A stretch of 64,000 nt of DNA from Gaiellaceae bacterium (GCA_035706005.1 DASSVO010000038.1:1192-65191), one strand, 5' to 3'; counted from the first letter of the stretch, positions 43,296 to 53,065 are shown. The notes: a model not told the origin generated them from the letters alone. A program made the numbers and translations.

Positions 43296-45553
43296 TCCGC
43301 ACCGAGAAGGAGGTCGAAGGGCGCTTCGAGGAGGTGTGGATCGTCGTCGAGGAGGATCCGCTCGAGCAGTGGCCCGCGGGGCCGCTCACCGTCGTGGGCC
43401 GTCCGGCGCCCCGCAAGGACGGGGCCGAGCGCGTGCGGGGCGAGGCGCGCTACACGGCCGACATCCGGCTGCCCGGGATGCTCCACGCCGCAGTCCTCCG
43501 CTCCCCGCACGCCCATGCCCGCGTGCGGCGGATCGACCTCGCGCCCGCGCTGGCGCTACCGGGCGTGCGAGCGGCGATCGGCCCCGGCGAAGCGCACGGG
43601 CTCGAGGCAGAGGCGGGATTCTCCGGCGCGCCCGTTGCCGCGGTCGCCGCCGACACCTTCGACCAGGCGCGGGCGGGGGTCGAGGCGATCGAGGTCGAGT
43701 GGGAGGAGCTCGAGGTCGTGCTCGATCCCGACGAGGCCGTCCGGCGGGGGCTCCTCAACGACGAGCCGCGCCGCACCGAGCGAGGCGACGTCGACCGGGC
43801 GCTCGCCGAGGCCGACGTCGTGGTGGAGGCGACCTACCGGACGCAGACCGTCCTTCACAACTCGCTCGAGACGCACCAGGCCGTCTGCGAATGGCAGGGC
43901 GACACGCTCCACGTCTACATCTCGACACAGTTCATCTGGGGCGTCCGTCAGGCGGTCGCCGAGACCCTCGGCCTGCCCGAGGACAAGGTGCGCGTCGTGT
44001 GCGAGTTCATGGGCGGCGGTTTCGGCTCGAAGAACGGGCCCGACGAGTACACGTTCGTGGCGGCCGAGCTGGCGAGGCGGACGGGCCGCCCGGTCCGCTG
44101 CGCGCTCACGCGACGCGAGGAGCACACCTCCGCCGGGAACCGCAACGCGACGATCCAGCGCCTTCGCGCCGGGGCACGCAGCGACGGGACGATCGTCGCC
44201 CTCGACGGCGAGTTCACGAACTCCCTCGGCTGGTCGGGCTGGAACGCCTCCACCGAGGGCCCAATGAAGATGCTCTACGACTGCGAGAACGTCCGCACGG
44301 TCACCTACGGCACCAAGCTCAACACGCCGCCGATGAAGGCGTTCCGGGCGCCCGGCTTCGTCGAGGGGACGTTCGGCCTCGAGTGCCTGATCGACGAGCT
44401 CGCCGCCAAGCTCGACGTCGACCCGCTCGAGCTCCGGCGTCGCAACTACGCGAGCTCGAACGAGGGGACGCCGTTCTCCTCGAAGAACCTCGAGGACTGC
44501 TACCGCCGCGCGGAGCCGCACTGGGAGCGGCGCCACGAGGTGCATGCACGATCCGATGCCGTCTGGAAACGCGGGGTCGGGATGGCGAGCCAGATCTGGT
44601 ACGGCGGCGGCGGACCTCCCTCCTACGCTTGGGTGCGGCTCGGCTCCGACGGACGCGCGACCGTGATCACGGCGATGCAGGACATCGGCACCGGCACGCG
44701 CACCGCAATGGCGCAGATCGCAGCCGAGGAGCTCGGCCTGCCGATCGAGCACGTCGAGGTCGTGCTCGGAGACTCGGCCCGCGGGCCGTACGCCTCGGTC
44801 TCCGCGGGCTCCTCGACCCTGCCGTCGATGGGGCCGGCGGTGCGCGCAGCTGCGGCAGACGCGAAGCGGCAGGTGATCGAGATCGCCGCTCAGCGCTACC
44901 ACCTCGAGGAACGCGTGCTCGACATCCGCGACGGCGCGGTGCTCTCCGCGGACGGCAATCTCTCTGCACCGGTCCACGAAGTCGTAGGCCTGCTCGAGGA
45001 GGCGCAGATCCTCGGAAAGGGGGCTCGCGGCCCCAACCCGACCGGGATGAGCGTCCTGACGTTCGGCGTCCACGTCGTGGAGGTCGCGGTCGATGTCGAG
45101 ACCGGCGAGGTGCGCGTCGAGCGCGTCGCCGCGATCCACGACGTCGGCCGGATCGTCAACCCGCTCGGCGCCTCGAGCCAGGTCGAGGGAGGCGTCATCC
45201 AGGGGATCGGCCATACGCTCTCGGAAGACCGGCTGCTCGACCCGGAGACCGGGCGCATCCTCACCACCTCGCTCGACGCGTACCGGATGCCCACCATCGC
45301 CGACGTGCCGCCGGAGATCGTCTGCGAGTTCGTCGACCGGCCCGACGAGCACCTCACGAACCTCGGCTCGAAGGGGCTTGGTGAGCCGCCGATCGTGCCG
45401 ATCGCAGCCGCGATCGCGAACGCGATCCGCGACGCGACCGGCGCGGACGTGCACGAGCTGCCGATCTCCCGCGAGGAGATGCTCCGCGCGCTGCGCGAGG
45501 CCGAGACCCGGCAACGCGAGAAGGAGAAGCGTGGAGCTCCTGCGGCCGTCTAG
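43283..45553 (+). CDS. Molybdopterin-binding large subunit (xanthine dehydrogenase/aldehyde oxidase family)
   Basis: TTG 43283 lies about 10 nt after GAGGAGG. Contains GGGFGSKNG and a typical a/b-hammerhead N-terminus. Confidence 0.9.
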   Translation: MARLIRTEKEVEGRFEEVWIVVEEDPLEQWPAGPLTVVGRPAPRKDGAERVRGEARYTADIRLPGMLHAAVLRSPHAHARVRRIDLAPALALPGVRAAIGPGEAHGLEAEAGFSGAPVAAVAADTFDQARAGVEAIEVEWEELEVVLDPDEAVRRGLLNDEPRRTERGDVDRALAEADVVVEATYRTQTVLHNSLETHQAVCEWQGDTLHVYISTQFIWGVRQAVAETLGLPEDKVRVVCEFMGGGFGSKNGPDEYTFVAAELARRTGRPVRCALTRREEHTSAGNRNATIQRLRAGARSDGTIVALDGEFTNSLGWSGWNASTEGPMKMLYDCENVRTVTYGTKLNTPPMKAFRAPGFVEGTFGLECLIDELAAKLDVDPLELRRRNYASSNEGTPFSSKNLEDCYRRAEPHWERRHEVHARSDAVWKRGVGMASQIWYGGGGPPSYAWVRLGSDGRATVITAMQDIGTGTRTAMAQIAAEELGLPIEHVEVVLGDSARGPYASVSAGSSTLPSMGPAVRAAAADAKRQVIEIAAQRYHLEERVLDIRDGAVLSADGNLSAPVHEVVGLLEEAQILGKGARGPNPTGMSVLTFGVHVVEVAVDVETGEVRVERVAAIHDVGRIVNPLGASSQVEGGVIQGIGHTLSEDRLLDPETGRILTTSLDAYRMPTIADVPPEIVCEFVDRPDEHLTNLGSKGLGEPPIVPIAAAIANAIRDATGADVHELPISREEMLRALREAETRQREKEKRGAPAAV

Positions 45554-46355
45554 CGTCGAGCAGCTCGACGGCGGCGTGATCGTCCACGGGGGGACGGAGG
45601 TCGTGCCGCTCCTACGTGAGGGCTTGCTCGATGCGGAGCGACTCGTCGACGTGCGCGGCGTCGTGCCCCGCGGCATCCGGGAGGGAGTGATCGGCGCAGG
45701 AACGATGCTCGCGGAGATCGAGGTCGAGCCCGCGATCCCGGAGGCGCTGCGCGAGGCATGCCGGCTCGCGGCTTCGCCCCAGCTCCGGAGCATGGGCTCG
45801 CTCGGCGGCAATCTCCTGCAGGCGACGCGCTGCTGGTACTGGCGGCTCGGTTACCCGTGCCGTCTCCACGGCGGAGAGCGCTGTCACGCGCGCGACGGCG
45901 AGCACCGCGAGCACGCGATCTTCGCGAACGGCTTCTGCGCCTCCGCGCACCCCTCCGACGTGGCGGCCGCGCTCGTCGCACTCGGCGCTCGGCTGCGGAC
46001 GGACCGCCGCGAGTTCGCAGTCGAGGAGCTCTACCGGCTTCCGGACGAGGCAGACCGGAGCACGACGACGCTCGAGGGCGGCGAGCTCCTCCTCGAGGTC
46101 GAGCTGCCGCCGGTGGAGGCGAGCGCGTACCTCAAGGCGATGGACCGCAAGCGATGGTCGTTCCCGCAGGTCGGCGTGGCCGCAGCGCGTCACGCCGACG
46201 GCTCGACGCGGATCGCGCTCGCCGGCGTGGCGCCGATCCCGTGGCGGATCGGGGGCCTCGAGGAGCTCGAGCAGGCGACCCCGCTCCCCCGAACGGAGTG
46301 GAAGGTGCCGCTCGCGCAGGCGCTCGTGCGCCGCGCGCTCGCAGCGCTGGCGTGA
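45531..46355 (+). CDS. FAD-binding medium subunit (CoxM-like)
   Basis: GTG 45531 is in frame. Contains GGTEVVPLL and SMGSLGGNL. Confidence 0.85.
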   Translation: MELLRPSSVEQLDGGVIVHGGTEVVPLLREGLLDAERLVDVRGVVPRGIREGVIGAGTMLAEIEVEPAIPEALREACRLAASPQLRSMGSLGGNLLQATRCWYWRLGYPCRLHGGERCHARDGEHREHAIFANGFCASAHPSDVAAALVALGARLRTDRREFAVEELYRLPDEADRSTTTLEGGELLLEVELPPVEASAYLKAMDRKRWSFPQVGVAAARHADGSTRIALAGVAPIPWRIGGLEELEQATPLPRTEWKVPLAQALVRRALAALA

Positions 46356-46837
46356 TCGCGGCGGTGGTGCTCGCCGCGGGCGCTTCGTCCCGCTACGGGA
46401 CGGAACCGCCGAAGCAGGTCGAGCTGCTCCCGAGGGTCCTGGCTGCGCTGCGGGAGAGCTGCGTCGACGAGATCGTCGTCGTGAGCGGGGCGCACCCACT
46501 CCCCGTCGAAAGTGTCTCCTGCCCCGACTGGGAGCGAGGCCCCGGCGCCTCGCTTCGCTGCGGCCTCGCCGCTCTCCCCGCGGACGCGGAAGCGGCGCTG
46601 GTCGTCCTCGCCGACGGTCCCGACCTCGACGCCCGCGCGGTCGACCGGGTCGTCGCGGAGTGGCGGGCGAACGACGGCGACGCGGTCGCCGCGACGTACG
46701 GAGGCGTACGCCTGCATCCGGTCCTGCTCGCCCGTTCGGTCTGGGACGACGTGCCCGACGAGGGCGCGAAGTCGCTGCCCGCGAGGCTCGTCGCCTGCGA
46801 CGACCTGACCCCGCCCGGCGACGTCGACGTCGCATAG
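46352..46837 (+). CDS. MobA-like nucleotidyltransferase (MocA-type molybdenum cofactor cytidylyltransferase)
   Basis: GTG 46352 forms a GTGA overlap. Contains AAVVLAAGASSRYG and VLADGP. Confidence 0.7.
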   Translation: MIAAVVLAAGASSRYGTEPPKQVELLPRVLAALRESCVDEIVVVSGAHPLPVESVSCPDWERGPGASLRCGLAALPADAEAALVVLADGPDLDARAVDRVVAEWRANDGDAVAATYGGVRLHPVLLARSVWDDVPDEGAKSLPARLVACDDLTPPGDVDVA

Positions 46838-47002
46838 CGCGTTCCTCGGGCGTCGCTGGCAAAGGAGGCAAGCGCGCGTCGCGCAGGACAGTACGCCGCT
46901 GTACGGACCAGCGGCGCGCGCGCAGCCTCCTGCCGCCAGCGGCGGCAGGCGTCGGCGGAGCCGGGCTTCGCCCGGCGGGAGCCGTCGCCGGCGAGGAGCG
47001 CG

Positions 47003-47233
47003 CTATTCCAGCGGGATCCTGAGGGCGGCGAGCTTCTGCCGGAGCTCCGCCGGCATCGGCTCGTTCGCCGCCTTGCGCACGTAGACGCGCAGGCTCTCCT
47101 CGAACCGATAGCGCCTGCGACAGTACTCGCACTCGTCGAGATGCGCCTCCGCCTCGACCCGCTCCGCCTCGGTGAGGACGTGGTCGAGGTACGGCTGCAT
47201 CATCTCCTCGCAGTGCGCGCAGGGATCCTTCAT
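47003..47233 (-). CDS. Zinc-binding anti-sigma factor (ZAS, RsrA-like)
   Basis: 76 aa with CAHC and the H-x3-C-x2-C motif (HLDECEYC). Lies directly downstream of the ECF sigma gene, with its start overlapping that gene's stop (ATGA). Confidence 0.8.
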   Translation of the reverse strand: MKDPCAHCEEMMQPYLDHVLTEAERVEAEAHLDECEYCRRRYRFEESLRVYVRKAANEPMPAELRQKLAALRIPLE

Positions 47234-47814
47234 GTTTCCTCCTCCACTGCGGCCTCGGCGAGCTCCCGCTTCAGGATGCGGCGCCCCCGGTGCAGCCTCG
47301 ACATCACCGTGCCGACCGGGATGTCGAGGATCTGGGCCGCGTCCGCGTAGCTGAAGTCGCCGAGGTCGACGAGCACGATCACGTCACGGAAGTCGTGCGG
47401 CACCGCCGAGAGGGCCGACACGATGTCGTCCTGTGACAACCGCTCCACGACCCGGTCCTCGTCGGAGACGCCGTCCCCGTTTTCGGCGAGCCGGTCGTAG
47501 AGGAAATAGTCGTTCGCTTCGAGCGGCTGCATCTGCGGCGAGCGCTGCTGCCTCCGCCCCCGGTCGATGTTGAGGTTGGTGAGGATCCGCAGGAGCCACG
47601 CGCGCATGTTCGTCCCGGGCTGGAACGAGCGCCAGCTGCGGAACGCCCGCGCGTACGTCTCCTGCACGAGCTCTTCGGCGTCCTCGCGCGAGTTGGCGAG
47701 GTGGCGCGCCACGCGGTAGACCTGGTCGGAGAGCGCGAGCGCGTCCTCCTCGAACCTCACGCGGTCCCGCGCCTCGGTCGCGAGCCGCTGTCCCTCCTCC
47801 GGCTCCGCCTCCAT
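47230..47814 (-). CDS. ECF sigma-70 factor (SigR/SigE-like)
   Basis: ATG 47814 was placed by residue count. Region 2 reads DAEELVQETYARAF and region 4 reads SYADAAQILDIPVGTVMSRLHRGR. Confidence 0.85.
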   Translation of the reverse strand: MEAEPEEGQRLATEARDRVRFEEDALALSDQVYRVARHLANSREDAEELVQETYARAFRSWRSFQPGTNMRAWLLRILTNLNIDRGRRQQRSPQMQPLEANDYFLYDRLAENGDGVSDEDRVVERLSQDDIVSALSAVPHDFRDVIVLVDLGDFSYADAAQILDIPVGTVMSRLHRGRRILKRELAEAAVEEET

Positions 47815-47899
47815 GCGGTCCACCGTACCAGCGAGTGCCACTCTCTCCCGAACGGCGCCTAGGACGTTGCTATTCCGGGCGGGCGGGTAGCGAAGAGCC

Positions 47900-48061
47900 A
47901 TGGAAGAGAGACCCGAGACCGAGGAACACCCCGAGAGCGAGCCGACCTCGCTCGAGGACGGCGAGTCGATGGAGCCCGGCAAGGGGCCGCTGGACAAGCA
48001 CCCGGAGCTCGAGCAGCTGCACGGCGTCCCGACCGACCGCCGGCAGGACGAGGACCGCTAG
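47900..48061 (+). CDS. 53-aa acidic small protein (hypothetical)
   Basis: ATG 47900 gives MEERPETEEHPESEPTSLEDGES...RRQDEDR. Strong GC3 bias. Below the track length cutoff. Confidence 0.35.
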   Translation: MEERPETEEHPESEPTSLEDGESMEPGKGPLDKHPELEQLHGVPTDRRQDEDR

Positions 48062-48280
48062 CTAGACCGCTGCCAGCTCGGGGAAGCCGGCTTTCGAGAG
48101 CCGCTCGACGATCGCCTCGCGGCTCGTCTGCTCGTCGTCCCAGGCGAGCGACACCTGCCCCATCAGGTTCGCGTTCGCGCCCTCGAGGCCCTCGTGGCCC
48201 TCGAGCGCATGGGCGAGGCGCATCACGCACCGCTCGCAGCGGACGCCGGCGACCTGGATCGTCTCGTTGCGCGTCGCCAT
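48062..48280 (-). CDS. Heavy-metal-associated (HMA) domain protein
   Basis: 72 aa: MATRNETIQVAGVRCERCVMRLAHALEG... The fold pattern is CopZ-like with a C-x2-C. Confidence 0.65.
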   Translation of the reverse strand: MATRNETIQVAGVRCERCVMRLAHALEGHEGLEGANANLMGQVSLAWDDEQTSREAIVERLSKAGFPELAAV

Positions 48281-48285
48281 CGACC

Positions 48286-49191
48286 TCAGCCTAGCGTCGC
48301 CGCGGCGATCTCCCGCACGGCAGCCTCCGGCCCGAGCTCCAGCTGGCGCTCCGCCTCCGCCCCTCCGCCCTCTCGGCCGGCGACGTCCCGCTGTGCCGCG
48401 TACTCGTCGCGGTCGTAGGGCTCGCCGTCCGCCTCGGCGGCCTGCCGGACGAGTTGTTGCACCTCGGCGGCGATCTGAGCCGTCCGCCGCACCGACGTCG
48501 GCTGGTCCATGACCCGGACCTCGAGCGTCCCGTATTCCGGCCGCGGCCAGGCATCCCAGTGGCGGCGGGTGCTGTCGTCCCTGCTCGCCGCCTGCCAGTC
48601 GTCCCAGCTGCGCAGCACGGGGGGCGTGCCTCCGGTCGGCATCTCGAGCAGGATCTGGGAGCGGATCGAGCGCCAGCCGCTGTCCGCGGCGTCCCAGTAC
48701 GGCGAGTTCGCGGAGGCGGCGAGGAGCCCCGGCAGCCGCGGCACGACGCCCTCGAAGGCGCGGAGGCACGTGTCCGGATCCGGCACCGAGACGTGCACGT
48801 GGAGGCCGCAGACCTGCTGGCGGTAGAGGCGCGGCCCGAGCTCGGCCTTCAGCCGCCGGTAGCGGTCGACAGGAACGATCGGCACGCGCCCGCGTGCGGT
48901 CGGATGCGAGCCGGTGGCAAGTACCGCGAACCCCTCCCCGGCCGCACGCTCTCCCACCTCGTTGCGCAGCTCCCGCAGCTCGGCCTCGACCTCGTCCGGC
49001 GTCTCGACGACGGTCGTCGTGATCTCGACGAACGACTCGAACAGCTCGGGCTTGATCCGCTCCGTCGCATCGCCGAACACGCGCGAGAACCCGTCCCGCG
49101 CCGGCTCGAGCGTCTCCGCGTCGACGAGCATCAGCTCCTCCTCGACCCCGAGCGACCACGCCGGAGCCGAGCCGAAGCGGCTGAGATCCAT
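48286..49191 (-). CDS. Carboxylate-amine ligase, YbdK/GCS2 family
   Basis: ATG 49191 was placed by residue count. Contains LGVEEELMLVD, CGLHVHVSV and SANSPYW. Confidence 0.85.
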   Translation of the reverse strand: MDLSRFGSAPAWSLGVEEELMLVDAETLEPARDGFSRVFGDATERIKPELFESFVEITTTVVETPDEVEAELRELRNEVGERAAGEGFAVLATGSHPTARGRVPIVPVDRYRRLKAELGPRLYRQQVCGLHVHVSVPDPDTCLRAFEGVVPRLPGLLAASANSPYWDAADSGWRSIRSQILLEMPTGGTPPVLRSWDDWQAASRDDSTRRHWDAWPRPEYGTLEVRVMDQPTSVRRTAQIAAEVQQLVRQAAEADGEPYDRDEYAAQRDVAGREGGGAEAERQLELGPEAAVREIAAATLG

Positions 49192-49193
49192 GG

Positions 49194-49556
49194 CTACTTG
49201 CCGCGGACGCCGTGCACCGGCCGGCCCGCCGCCTCCCACGCGTAGTACGAGGCGCTCGGCCCGAAGTCGGCCTCGTAGGAGATGATCCGCGGGTTGCGGC
49301 CCACCTCCTTCGCGCGTTGCGCGTGACGGAGGAGGTTCGGGTCGTCCTGCTCCTCCCAGACGAGCACCAGATGCGCGGCCGTCATGAACACGGCCACGAA
49401 CGCGCAGCCGGGGGCCGGGCACGGGAACGGATCGGTCCGGACGCAGAACCAGCCGACGTGCTCCTGGCCGTCCTCCGTCCAGAGCTCCTCGGCCTCTTCG
49501 GGGACGGCATGCTCGACGGTTCGGGCGATGCCCGGCTGGATCTCCTCCCGCCTCAC
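49194..49556 (-). CDS. Hypothetical protein
   Basis: GTG 49556 is in frame. 120 aa with coding-like GC3 bias and a CPAPGC motif. I recognise no domain. Confidence 0.4.
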   Translation of the reverse strand: MRREEIQPGIARTVEHAVPEEAEELWTEDGQEHVGWFCVRTDPFPCPAPGCAFVAVFMTAAHLVLVWEEQDDPNLLRHAQRAKEVGRNPRIISYEADFGPSASYYAWEAAGRPVHGVRGK

Positions 49557-49590
49557 CGGCTCAAAGGTAGCGCCAGCCCGCGAGCGGTCG

Positions 49591-51408
49591 CTACCCGTGC
49601 AGAAGAAGGGCCCAGACACCTCCCGTGACGGCCGTGCCCACCGCAACCCAGGTCACGTAATCCCCCACCACCCCGCTGTGCAGCGCATGGAGGACGCGAA
49701 TCGGCGGCGCGATGGTCCGTTCGGCCGCGACCGCGACGATGCGGGGGAGTCGCCGTCGATAGAGACCGACGACCCCGAGCCCGAGCGCGAGGATCGTTGC
49801 GCTCACTCCGTAGAGGATCGACTCGAGCGACGTGTGGCGGATGGTGACCGGCAGGCTCGTAGGCGGGGACATCGCCTTCGCGTGGAGGACGCGCGCGGCG
49901 TAGCCGCTGGTGTCGCGGAAGCGCTCGGCGGCGTACTCGGCCCGCTGGCCGAGACCGGGGACGACGCTCATGGCGATCCCGAGGACGACTGCGGCCACGG
50001 CGACGGCGACGAGCAGAGGACGCAGGACGTGCCGCTCGAGCGGATCCTCCTCGATCGCCTTCCCGAGCAGCTCGTCCTCCTCGTCGCCCCAGCCCAGGAA
50101 GATGCGGGCGCCCGCGCGGAAGAGGGCTGCTCCGGCGAGCGCGGAGCCGAGCCACAGCAGAGCGGGTACCCACGGCCGGCCGAGCTCGGTGGCGCTCTCG
50201 TCGATCAGCCCGTGACCGAGATAGATGCCCACGTACGGCGTCCCCACGAGGCCGATCGTCCCCGCGAACCACGCGAGAGCGGGTACCCAGCAGCCGCGCG
50301 CCCGCCCGCGCAGGTGCAGCTCGTCGATCAGGCCGTGGTCGGAGTGCAGGATCCCCCCGACGAAGAACAGGCCCGCGGTGAGGAGCGCGTGCGCAAGGAA
50401 CATCAACTCGGCGCCGGCGAGCCCCGATGAGCCGAGCAGGCCGATCCCGGCCAGCATGATCCCGATGTGGCAGACGACGGAATAGGCGAGCATCCGTTTC
50501 AGATGCCGCTGGAGGAACGCCATCGTCCCCGCTAGCACGGCGGTGACGATCCCGAGCCAGAGGAGCACGTCCCCCACCGCGTGGCCGTGCCCGAAGGGCA
50601 CCGCAAAGATGGTCCAGTAGAGGCGGGCGACGCCGATGAGGCCGATGTCCGTCATCACGCCGCCGAGCACCGCACAGACGGGCGCCGGCGCGACCGCGTA
50701 GGCATCGGCCGCCCAGAGGTGGAACGGGACGACCGCTCCCTTCACGAGGAACCCGCAGAGCAGGAGGGTCATGGCGACGATCACGAGCCCGCCGGCCGGC
50801 CCGTGCGACAGGGTCGTCCCGATCTGGGCGAGGTTCAGCGCGCCCGTGCGGGCATAGAGCAGGGCGATCCCGACGGCGAAGAGGTAGCCGCCGAGGCTGT
50901 TCGTGATGGCGAAGTTGACGGCGCCCTGGACGGGCCCCAGCCGCTCCACCTGAAAGCCGGTGAGCGCATACGCCGCAACGCCCATCAACTCCAGCCAGAC
51001 GAAGAGGTTGAAGAGGTCGCCCGACATCGCGAAGCCGCACATCGCTCCGAGCGCGACGAGCATCAGAGCGTCGTAGAGCCGAGCGGCCTCGGGCAGAAAC
51101 GTGAGCGAGTAGAGAAGCGCGAGAGTGACGACGAGGCCGATGACCGCGCACATCCCGGCGGCGAGCGGTCCCACCGCGAAGTCGATCCCGAGCGCGACTC
51201 CGTGGCGCGGCTGCCAGCCGCCGAACCAGTGGACCGCCTCGTGGCTGTACACCTCCCAGAGCAGGACGAAGGAAAGCGCGGCGGTGGCCGCGGACGAGGC
51301 GATGACGATCGCGTCCTGGACGGGCCGAGGCGTGATGTGGTCCAGACCGGCCGTCACGGCGGCGGCGACCAGCGGGATCGCGACGAGCAAGGGCGGGATC
51401 CAGCTCAT
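49591..51408 (-). CDS. Mrp/Mbh antiporter-like subunit (MrpD/MbhH/NuoL-N family)
   Basis: 605-aa polytopic protein: GDLFNLFVWLELMGVAAYALTGF, which is proton-conducting-membrane-transporter-like. Confidence 0.85.
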   Translation of the reverse strand: MSWIPPLLVAIPLVAAAVTAGLDHITPRPVQDAIVIASSAATAALSFVLLWEVYSHEAVHWFGGWQPRHGVALGIDFAVGPLAAGMCAVIGLVVTLALLYSLTFLPEAARLYDALMLVALGAMCGFAMSGDLFNLFVWLELMGVAAYALTGFQVERLGPVQGAVNFAITNSLGGYLFAVGIALLYARTGALNLAQIGTTLSHGPAGGLVIVAMTLLLCGFLVKGAVVPFHLWAADAYAVAPAPVCAVLGGVMTDIGLIGVARLYWTIFAVPFGHGHAVGDVLLWLGIVTAVLAGTMAFLQRHLKRMLAYSVVCHIGIMLAGIGLLGSSGLAGAELMFLAHALLTAGLFFVGGILHSDHGLIDELHLRGRARGCWVPALAWFAGTIGLVGTPYVGIYLGHGLIDESATELGRPWVPALLWLGSALAGAALFRAGARIFLGWGDEEDELLGKAIEEDPLERHVLRPLLVAVAVAAVVLGIAMSVVPGLGQRAEYAAERFRDTSGYAARVLHAKAMSPPTSLPVTIRHTSLESILYGVSATILALGLGVVGLYRRRLPRIVAVAAERTIAPPIRVLHALHSGVVGDYVTWVAVGTAVTGGVWALLLHG

Positions 51409-51749
51409 CCCTTGACGTCCGCGAGGCCGTCCGGGTCGACGGTCCCGGACAGCCGGTGCGCGTCCAGAGCCAGCGCGAGGATGAGCGCGACCACGACCAC
51501 GCTGACGACGATGTCCGTCAGTGTGAGGGCCTGTACGACCGGGTCGACGGCAGGCGTGCCGAGCTTGATGCCCTTGAAGATTGGCGCTCGCCCGTGCTTC
51601 ACGTATCCGACCGTGAGCAGGAGAACGTAGCTCGACGACTGCGTCACCGTCAGGCAGACCGCCAGGTGGATGAGGTTCCGGCTCGTCGCAACGCCGGCGA
51701 GACCGACGAGGCAGAGCCAGGCAGCGACCGCATACGGGAGATAGCTCAA
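51405..51749 (-). CDS. MrpC/MnhC (NuoK-like) subunit
   Basis: 114 aa with three TM segments: SRNLIHLAVCLTVTQSS...LTDIVV. Confidence 0.8.
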   Translation of the reverse strand: MSYLPYAVAAWLCLVGLAGVATSRNLIHLAVCLTVTQSSSYVLLLTVGYVKHGRAPIFKGIKLGTPAVDPVVQALTLTDIVVSVVVVALILALALDAHRLSGTVDPDGLADVKG

Positions 51750-52495
51750 GACGCCGCGTCCTCCGGCTCGAGCGGGATGACGTAGGTCTCGAGAAACTCC
51801 GCGAAGAGCAGCAGCATCGCGAAGGCGACCGCGAGCCCCGCTGCCGCGTTCAGGATGCCGATGCTGCCGCCCGAGAGCAGCGTGCCGGTCGTGCCCTTGC
51901 CGAAGAGGTTGGCGAGGAACGGCAGCCCGGACGCGAGCGCGGCAAGGCCGGTTACGACGTAGCCGCCTGCCCCGATCCCCTCGAACGGATCGAGCGCGTG
52001 CTCGTTGCGAAATGGGCGGTAGTCGCGATGGCTACCGACGAGATAGAGCACCAGGATCGCGCCGGCCAGGACGACGCCTCCCGGGAAGCCACCGCCCGGG
52101 GTGATGTAGCCGAACGCCACGAGCCAGAGGCCGACGAGGAGACCGCCGCCGACCATGCCGACACCGACGAGCCGGACGGCGTCGCTTCGGAGCCGCCGCG
52201 TCTTTCGCTCCACCCGGCGGGCCCCCGACTCGTCCCGCAGCAGGAGCGTGACGCCGATGACCGCGGCGTAGAGGATGAACTCCTCCCCCATCGTGTCGAC
52301 CCCGCGCACGTCGAAGGTCGTCGCCATTACGACGTTCGTCGTATGACGCAGCGGGACGACGATCCGGTTGAGCACGTAGCCATATGGGCCGCGGTAGTCG
52401 CCGAACGCCGGCAGTCCTGCGATCGCCCAGGCAAAGAGCGCGCCGAGCCCGAGCAGGGCCGGTCCGAGGACCGCCATCCGCACGCGCCTAGTCAT
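51746..52495 (-). CDS. MrpB/MnhB-domain subunit
   Basis: ATG 52495 is in frame. Contains VMATTFDVRGVDTMGEE and GGGFPGG. Confidence 0.75.
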   Translation of the reverse strand: MTRRVRMAVLGPALLGLGALFAWAIAGLPAFGDYRGPYGYVLNRIVVPLRHTTNVVMATTFDVRGVDTMGEEFILYAAVIGVTLLLRDESGARRVERKTRRLRSDAVRLVGVGMVGGGLLVGLWLVAFGYITPGGGFPGGVVLAGAILVLYLVGSHRDYRPFRNEHALDPFEGIGAGGYVVTGLAALASGLPFLANLFGKGTTGTLLSGGSIGILNAAAGLAVAFAMLLLFAEFLETYVIPLEPEDAAS

Positions 52496-52769
52496 CCGAC
52501 GTCTTCTTCGATCGACGGCGCTCGCCACGCACGCGTGCGACGGCGGCGAGGATCACGAGCGGGTAGGCGATGCCCGAGACGACGAGCATCGAAAGCGCAG
52601 GGTCGGGCGCCGCGAGCACGACGAAGAGCAGCACGAGCGAGACGCCGTAGACGCCGTTGACGAGCGCCTGACGGAGCGGGTCGCGCGTGAGGACGACGAG
52701 CGGAGCGCCGAGAGCGACGAGCGCGAACGCCACAACCTGCAGGGGCACGAGAGTTCCGGCGACGATCAT
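52488..52769 (-). CDS. MbhD/DUF4040 (MrpA C-terminal-like) subunit
   Basis: 93 aa with three TM segments: LTRDPLRQALVNGVYGVSLVLLFV. Confidence 0.7.
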   Translation of the reverse strand: MIVAGTLVPLQVVAFALVALGAPLVVLTRDPLRQALVNGVYGVSLVLLFVVLAAPDPALSMLVVSGIAYPLVILAAVARVRGERRRSKKTSDD

Positions 52770-53065
52770 GCGCTCGAGTCGGGGTCGTCCGCCCGATGGG
52801 CTGCGCGAGCCGTCGTGATCACGAGGGCCGGATTGAGGAAGAAGAGCAACGCGACCGCTGCGATCGCCTGGATCCCTCCCGAGGTCAGGTGCTCGCGGAT
52901 GAGAACGGCCGCGAGCACGAGGAAGGCGGGGACCGTCGTGCAGGCGGCGGCGTAGTGCAAGCGGTCGAGCGTCGTCCGCATGACGAGAATCCCCGCCACG
53001 CAGAAGAGCTCGGCAAGCACCCCGAGCGCGAGCAGAACGTCGACGGCGAGGTCTGCCGACTGCAT
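52766..53065 (-). CDS. MrpG/MnhG subunit
   Basis: 99 aa placed by residue count: MQSADLAVDVLLALGVLAELFCVAGILVMRTTLDRLHY. Confidence 0.7.
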   Translation of the reverse strand: MQSADLAVDVLLALGVLAELFCVAGILVMRTTLDRLHYAAACTTVPAFLVLAAVLIREHLTSGGIQAIAAVALLFFLNPALVITTARAAHRADDPDSSA

